From assembly GCA_965237955.1 (NCBI GenBank), contig OZ250169.1, positions 704,001 to 768,000 of the forward strand: a stretch of DNA of 64,000 bases, read 5' to 3'. Position numbers and translations under genes: made by a program. Origin of the DNA: Candidatus Marinacidobacterales bacterium. Lineage in GTDB: Bacteria > Acidobacteriota > Vicinamibacteria > Marinacidobacterales > SMYC01. A model generated the notes under the pieces. That model was not told the DNA's origin and did no database searches. It worked only from the letters and a program-made list of their open reading frames with translations. Shown here piece after piece: positions 57,651 through 64,000 of the stretch. Position 1 is the first letter of the stretch; the number at the start of each line of letters is the position of its first letter.

Positions 57651-58957
57651 CGTCCTGTGCCAAAACTCGGCCTTTTTGAAATAGGCCATAAATCAGCAAC
57701 TTAGTGTCTGTGTTTGCGACTGGGCCAAGGGCCGTGGGCTTTACAATCGTCTTGGGCGGGCGGGTCGTCACCATGCAGATGACCACCTAGTCGAGAGCGA
57801 ATATCGAAGCGTGTTCCTGAAGCTGTTTCCACGCTACGCCGGTCGAGCCCGCCGAGGGGCTACCGTCGCCGGCGACCATCTACGCGGCACGGCAGTAGTA
57901 GTTGAGAATGCCCCCAAGTCGCTCTCGCGACACGATGGGGCCAGTGTCATTCGCGCTTGCCGGCAGAGGTGTGAGGAGCTCGTTGCCGAGACCTTGGTGG
58001 TTCCGTTCTGTGTGATAGTGCACTACGTATTCGGTTACCGCTGTGCGCAGGTGTCGCTCACTGAGAGGTACGAAGCGGTCGAGACACTCTCGACGTATGG
58101 AGAGAACGAATCTTTCCGCATATGCGTTCAGATTCGGACTATTAGCGGGAAGGCGAAGGGGCTTCACGCCTGAATCTCTCAACAGCCCACGTACCGCCTC
58201 GGTGAATAGCGGGTCCCGGTCGTGGATGAGGTATCGCTTGCCAAGGAGGAAACCATCCCACATGTCAGTGAGGTTTCTTGCCACCTGCTTCATCCACTCC
58301 CCGTTGGGGTCCGACGTTATCCCACCGATGCACACGCAGCGAGTGGCGATATCGATGACAAACAGGACATGGTAGCGGACGAGCCCGAACGGGTTCACAA
58401 CCTCGACGGTGAACAGGTCTGTCGCAGCGATGGCGCCCCAATGAGAGCCTTGATGAAGGTGCTCCACAACATGCTCCTGCCCCGCTCCGGCGCAGGAGCG
58501 ATACCGTGCTCGGCGAGGATCCTCTTGATAGTATTGCGTCCGAGTTCATGTCCTAGGTTCTTGAGTGCGCCTCGCAGGCGCGTATATCCCCACGTCGGGT
58601 TCTCCCGCGCCATGCGCACAATGAGCTCACGGATGTCCTTCGCCGTCGGAGGTCGGCCTGGACTCCGGTTCTTGCTGCCATCGTACTTGGCTGCGATGAG
58701 GTGGCGGTACCAGCGCAGAAGCGTAGCGGGTGTGGCAACGGACGCAATCTGGGCCAGCGCCTCGCGGCCCAAAGCCTGGGCCTTGACCGCGAGCCTGCGC
58801 CGGTCGTCGTCCGAGAGACTGAGACGCTTGCCCCGAAGCCCGGCTCGGAGCACACGGTTCTCCTCTTGCAGGTAGTCGATCACATCCTGCTGCTGGCGGT
58901 TGACCCAGCCAGCTAGAACGAGCAGTAGGAATTGCACGTGGTACGTCATCATGGACC
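57651..58957 (-). mobile_element. CGTCCTGTGCC integrase element; frameshifted transposase 58952-57880, left end replaced by IS5
   Basis: ENPTWGYTR, ATDLF, HDRD and [11 protein letters not shown] motifs; frameshift near 58445. Confidence 0.85.
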
Positions 58958-60042
58958 GGCGTTGTTGCACGGCCCGGAGCAAATCGCTGACCTCCCTGTG
59001 CCGGTTGCAGAGTCACCCGGCGCAGTACGTATCGGGCATCCCGAGCGCAGCCATCTTGTTGAGTATCTCGCACCCAATTCGGTGTTCAACTCGTTGCCTC
59101 GCCAACGTTCGAGCCCGCATCTCCGGCCCGATGATCGCCTTGTAACGATAGACCGCGTTCTCCACCATGCTTCGCTTGGTGTAGCCTGAGAGCTTGTACC
59201 ATTCACGTCGGCCGTGTCTTTCGATTGCACGAATATGGCGATCGCGCTCCTGCATGGCGGTGTTCGAATTCTGACTGAGCGTCGCGTTTCGTTGCGGCGG
59301 AATCACCACGCGCGTCCTTCGTCCAGGACTGTGCGCTTCGATGGCTTCGTAGACCGCTTCCTTGTCGTATGCACTGTCCGCCGCCACCGACACTAGAGGT
59401 GCTTGAATCTGTGTTAGCAAAGCGGGGACTCGGGTTGCGTCGCGAGCGCGTGACGCCGTCAGTTCGGACGCAACAATGTTCCCTGTCTCGCGATCAACGG
59501 CGATGTGCAACTTGCGCCATGCGCGCTGCTTTGGCGGTTTGCGGGCGTTTCCAACATGAATCCTCAAGCCCGTGCTATCGATCATCAGGTGGATGGGTTG
59601 AGTGCTCGCGGCTTTCGGAATCCGCAGCTTCTTGCGGAGCAACCTCGAGCGCCGACACAACGTCGAGTAGTCCGGGATCTCGATACCGAGCCCGAGAAGC
59701 GAGGCGATCGAGTGCAAGAAGCCTTCGGTTTGTCGGTAGGCGAGCTTGTACACCATCCGGACAACCAGGCCCGTTTCAATCGCCATGTCTGAATAGACCC
59801 GTTGACCGCCAGGCTTACCGGTCTTGTCGGCCTTCCAGTTCGCGATTGCCTCCTCGTCAAACCAGACTGTCAAATCGCCCCGGCGGCGCAGCCCTTCGTT
59901 GTATTCCGCCCAGTTGCGAACGTGGTACTTCTTCTGCTTCGCGTGCTTGTACTGGCAGCGCTTGGGATACTTCATGCTCGAACATACCTCGGCCACCACC
60001 ATAGGCGGATTTCGCTCTCAGCCAGAGCGGTGCAACAACGCC
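58958..60042 (-). mobile_element. IS903-like element, complete; CDS 59013-60002
   Basis: Same protein as 10448-11437. Confidence 0.92.
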
Positions 60043-60416
60043 ACTTCGCCCCGAGACGCTGGCCGCGTTGAGGCCCATCGTCAAGGCAGCCACCAGCGGC
60101 CATGCGATGCCGTTGCCCGGATTCACCGAATACTTTCTAAGCATCAGGAACACCTGGATCGGCGCGGTGGGCTGGCTCATTGAGGGAACCGAGGGCCGAG
60201 TCATGGTTCGTTGCGTGACGGCCTGGACGGTCGGGGGCGCAGCGAAGGGCGTGCGCTGGTTGGCGGCGGAGCTACCGGCGGAGCTGGACTTGCCCTGTTG
60301 TTTGGTCAGGCTTGGAGTACCACTGCTTGAGGACCCCGCCGCGGCAAGTTTGCTTGATGATGCTGAGCGGTGCATTGGCTGGGCGTTGCTACCCACCGCG
60401 CCCTAGCCTTTTTACC

Positions 60417-60532
60417 GGCATTGTCAAGTTGAGGCTGACGGCCGTTTCTGATGCCCAGCATGGTGGGTTCACCACGGGCTTGAGCCCAGTATCTTGGGGG
60501 TCGGTCTGCTAGCTTTTTCATCAACTTGACAG
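60417..60532. mobile_element. IS6-like MITE
   Basis: GGCATTGTCAAGTTGAGG...TCAACTTGACAG. Confidence 0.65.
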
Positions 60533-60629
60533 TTGTGATCCGCAAAAAAGAAGATCGCCATGCAGAGCGCGCCCGATCACGGCCGTCTGCGGCGCACGGC
60601 GGTGTGCCGGGAGGCCCGGGGCGGGCGCG

Positions 60630-60724
60630 CACGGCGCTCGGGATGCCTGATAGCGAGGTGACCGGATGATGGGAGTCGGGGTCAAGCGAGCTCTCGGCCT
60701 CTATCGGAGTTGTGCACCAAGGCA
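60630..60724 (+). mobile_element. Right end of the second IS903-like element
   Basis: Reverse complement of 26850-26943. Confidence 0.8.
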
Positions 60725-62331
60725 GCAAGACGCTGCTGATCGGCGACGCGCTCATGGCGGCAGGCACCGGCTCGGCGAACTGCCCCACGGTCGCAATCAC
60801 CGACCACGTCGCCGACCCGGCCTCCCTGGAGCAGGTGTTCGACGACCCGAACTGCTTCTCGTTCAGGGAGCGGTTTCCAGGCGGTTTCACCCCGAACTTC
60901 GGTGGCGAAGCGACGGACGTGTCACTCGTTGTCGGCGTCCGTGGCTTCACTGCGGCCGGCTTCGTCTGGGACGTGAGCGGCTCGGTCGGGGCTCACGAGA
61001 CTGATCTGTTCATCTCCGACACCGTCAACGCCTCGCTCGGTCCCGACACGCCGACCGCGTTCGATCTCGGTAGCAACCGGCAGCGGGAGACCGGCGTCAA
61101 CTTCGATGTCTCCTACGCCGCTACCGAGATGGTCAACCTCGCCGTTGGCGCGGAATGGCGTGACGAGCAGTACCAGACTACCGAGGGTCATCCGACATCG
61201 TGGACAGTCGGTCCCTATGGACGCGGGCAGGGCTTCTCGGCCGGTTCCAACGGCTTCTTCGGCTACGGGCCGCTCGCCGCGGGCACCTGGAACCGGAGCA
61301 ACGTCGCGGTCTACGGCGATCTGGAGCTGAACGACCCAGACGACGGCTGGACCCTCGGAGCCGCAGTCCGGGTCGAGAACTTCGAAGATTTCGGCACGAC
61401 GACGAACGGTAAGGTCTCCGGCCGGCTCGGTTTCGTGCGCGCCAGCGTGAGCAGTGGCTTCCGCGCGCCGACCCCAGGCCAGCAGAACGGGTTCAACATT
61501 GCGACCATCTTCGACCCGGCGCTCGGCGATCTAGTGAACAACGGCACCATCCCGTCGAACTCCCCGGTGGCGGCACTTCGCGGCGGTGTGCCTCTGCGTC
61601 CCGAAACGTCGATCAACTACACAGCCGGAGTGGTTTTCGATACCGGGCTGTTCAATTTCACGGCCGACTACTTCCGCATCGACGTCTCGGACCGGATCGG
61701 CATCACGAGCAACTTCACTCTCGAGAATGACGAGATCGACGCGCTGCTGGCGCAGGGTGTGGACGCCGCACGCGACCTGAAACGATTCAGGTTCTTCACC
61801 AACGCGTTCGCCACCCGGTCGCAGGGCATCGACCTAGTCTCGACCTTCACGCCGATCGCCCTGCGGGGCAACACCGTCATCAGCGCCGTCTTCAACTACA
61901 CCGACACCAAGGTGACCAACAACGACCAGGGACTGCTCAACGACCGGCGGCTCACCGAGTTAGCCTACGCGCTGCCACGGACCCGCTGGAATATCGGCCT
62001 CACCCAGCGGATGGGGCGCATGAGCTTCCTCGGCCGGGTCAACTACTACGGCGGCTGGTACGACTACGACAGCGGATTCGCCAGGCTCTACACGCCATCG
62101 GGCGGTATCGACAACGGCTTCTTCGGAGGCAAGCCGGTCGTCGATCTGGAGTTGACCATTGACGCCGGCGCCAGCGCGACGGTGACGGTTGGTGCCCAGA
62201 ACGCGTTCAACACCTACCCGGACGAGAGTGCGCGCGCGATGTCCGTCGGCGAGAAGTACAGCGAGTACACGCCATGGGGCTTCAACGGCGCCTACTACTA
62301 CGTGCGACTCGGGTACGGATGGGGCAGTTAG
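60725..62331 (+). pseudogene. 5'-truncated TonB-dependent receptor (barrel portion)
   Basis: GFRAPTP, LRPETS and GAQNAFNTYP motifs; no signal peptide or plug; start lies in the IS end. Confidence 0.85.
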
Positions 62332-62479
62332 TCAACCGTCCCGGCGCGCCGACCTTGAGCTCGTTTGTGTTTTTGGACACGATGCGCTCGCGACCTTCGC
62401 CGCGCGCTAAATGGAGCGTAAGCGCTTTTTTTCGCAAAGGGATACGTACACATCACCAACAGTAAACAGCGCAAGCACC

Positions 62480-62707
62480 CGTCCTGTGCCAAAACTCGGC
62501 CCTTTGAAATAGACCACAAATCAGCAGCTTAGACGCCCTTGGAATCCGCGCGGAAGCGAGGGTATTTCACGCCGCAGGGCTGCCTTCCGACCCCGTCCTG
62601 TGCCAAAACTCGGCCCTTTTGAAATAGACCATAAATCAACAGCTTAGACGCCCTTGGAATCCGCGCAGAATCCAGGGTATTTCGCGCCGCAGGGCTGACT
62701 TCCGACC
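62480..62707 (+). repeat. Tandem pair of ~114-bp element termini
   Basis: Units start at 62480 and 62594. Confidence 0.85.
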
Positions 62708-62741
62708 CATAGGCTGGCGGATGAATAAATAGAAGGCACAG

Positions 62742-63463
62742 GCTTTGAGTCGGCTCGAGCCAAGCTCGCTCAGCTTGTGAGGGTCGCTTTCTCCCGCAAT
62801 GATCCCTCGGATAATCGCTCGCCCGCTTACTCCTAAATTGCTGCTCATCACGCTCGTCAATTTGATGTTCGCATCTTCCAACGTCTTTTGAATCCGTTGG
62901 GTCTCCCGAGCGATTTCTCGAACGAACTGCTTTCGCGTTCGGGTCAGCTCTCGCAGTTCCTGGATCGGTGTTGGCGGAACGAAGCTAGTCCCATGGATCT
63001 TTGATTACTATACAAAGTTAGGCTTTTCGCCAGCCCATAAGATTCATAAGATTCATGCACTTAGAATGGTTTCGGCAAGCTCTGCTTTATCTAGTTTGTT
63101 CTGATACAGGGGACTAGCACGAATGAGACTATGGGCAAGCAAATCCGCTATCCAGAAGGCATCACTGATATCGCTCTTACGACCCGGCATGTTCTTGACG
63201 TGGGCCGGTTGTGCCAACACCAACTCGAAATGACCTTCGAGCACATGCCACACCGGCTTCCAATACACTCCGGTCGCTTCCATCGCTACAATCGTGCAAC
63301 CGCTCTGCCCCAGCCAATCCGCCATTTTCAGCAATTCGCTCGTGGCTGTACCGAACACACGCGTCTCGCGCACCACCTTCCGCTTCAACGCAACCCGCAC
63401 GCAAGCCGTAATCGATTTCTGGTGGACGTCCAATCCGGCGCATCGCTTATGAACCACTCTCAT
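62742..63463 (-). pseudogene. IS110-family recombinase, N-terminal half, MITE-interrupted and truncated
   Basis: AGLDVHQ, AMEATGVYWKP and PGRKSD.SDA (DEDD) motifs; GAAGGAGG RBS. Confidence 0.9.
62985..63117 (+). mobile_element. CTAG-flanked MITE, copy 4
   Basis: Matches 17014-17146. Confidence 0.92.
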
Positions 63464-63479
63464 CGCAGCCTCCTTCACG

Positions 63480-63695
63480 TCGCACCGGCGTGGAGCCCAC
63501 GAACTTGTAATCTAATAGACGCGCTCAACAATCCCAGCTGGATAGAAAACGCAATTTGGGGTACGCGCAGGACTCCCAGCCAAACTTGACAACGGGCTCA
63601 GCCGCACCAACGTTGAGCCGACCTCTGAGCTGGTGCCACCTACAGAGACTACCGCGTTTCATTCATTCGGGGTGGCTGTCAGGCCGTGGAAAACT
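63480..63695 (-). ncRNA. IS110 non-coding left end, putative bridge/seek RNA
   Basis: ~215-nt leader containing both half-sites of the apparent target. Confidence 0.65.
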
Positions 63696-63925
63696 TGACA
63701 GTACCAATTTAAGTGAGTTTTTACGAGATACCTAAAGTAATTCCTAAGCAAATCTGTAAAAACCATTGTAAACAAGAGATCTTTCATGTAAAGTTCGAAG
63801 TTACCGTGGATGGACTCTTCGGCAAGAGCATTCACCGAGGTTAGATACCAACCAGGACGGGTTAGCATGGGCCAGGAAAGCATTCGAAGAATCCTCACCA
63901 TCGCGCTCCTGACCCTGCCCTTGTC

Positions 63926-64000
63926 CGTCGCTACGGCTGCTGTACGGCTTCTTCGTCATCGAGCACGGCCGTCGCCATATCTTGCACTTCAACGCGACGT
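63926..64000 (+). pseudogene. Internal fragment of the 1,346-bp element transposase, running off the window
   Basis: Identical to ~20560-20634. Confidence 0.85.

Noticed and set aside
62480-62707. Tandem repeats as a CRISPR array
   Set aside because: The units are duplicated element termini with no unique spacers.

Overview
A GC-rich bacterial window dominated by mobile DNA. It holds complete and fragmentary IS3, IS5 (IS903-like), IS256, IS1634, IS21 and IS110 elements, three identical-length copies of a 1,346-bp rve-integrase element, several MITE families, and dozens of related YGT-type element termini that cut the region into short cargo blocks. Intact cargo includes a Fic operon, an ImmA/IrrE protein, an Abi-alpha-like protein, a CBS-HEPN plus nuclease pair, a fused double ABC transporter, a GATase, an ApeA-like HEPN protein, a GIY-YIG protein, a C1q-like secreted protein and a complete type I R-M system. 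It also includes a Fur-boxed heme-type TonB receptor carrying an N-terminal CbiX-like chelatase fold, followed by an exported multi-CbiX protein. Remnants include DISARM drmA, a second hsdM, PD-(D/E)XK nucleases, a two-spacer CRISPR fragment and an ORF-less group II intron inside an IS3 transposase. The top candidates for novelty are (i) an IS110 leader whose putative bridge-RNA guides match an IS6-like terminal repeat present in the window and at three IS110 junctions, (ii) the CbiX-TonB receptor locus, and (iii) the terminus/MITE network. All family calls come from motif recognition by eye, not database searches, and fragment boundaries are approximate.
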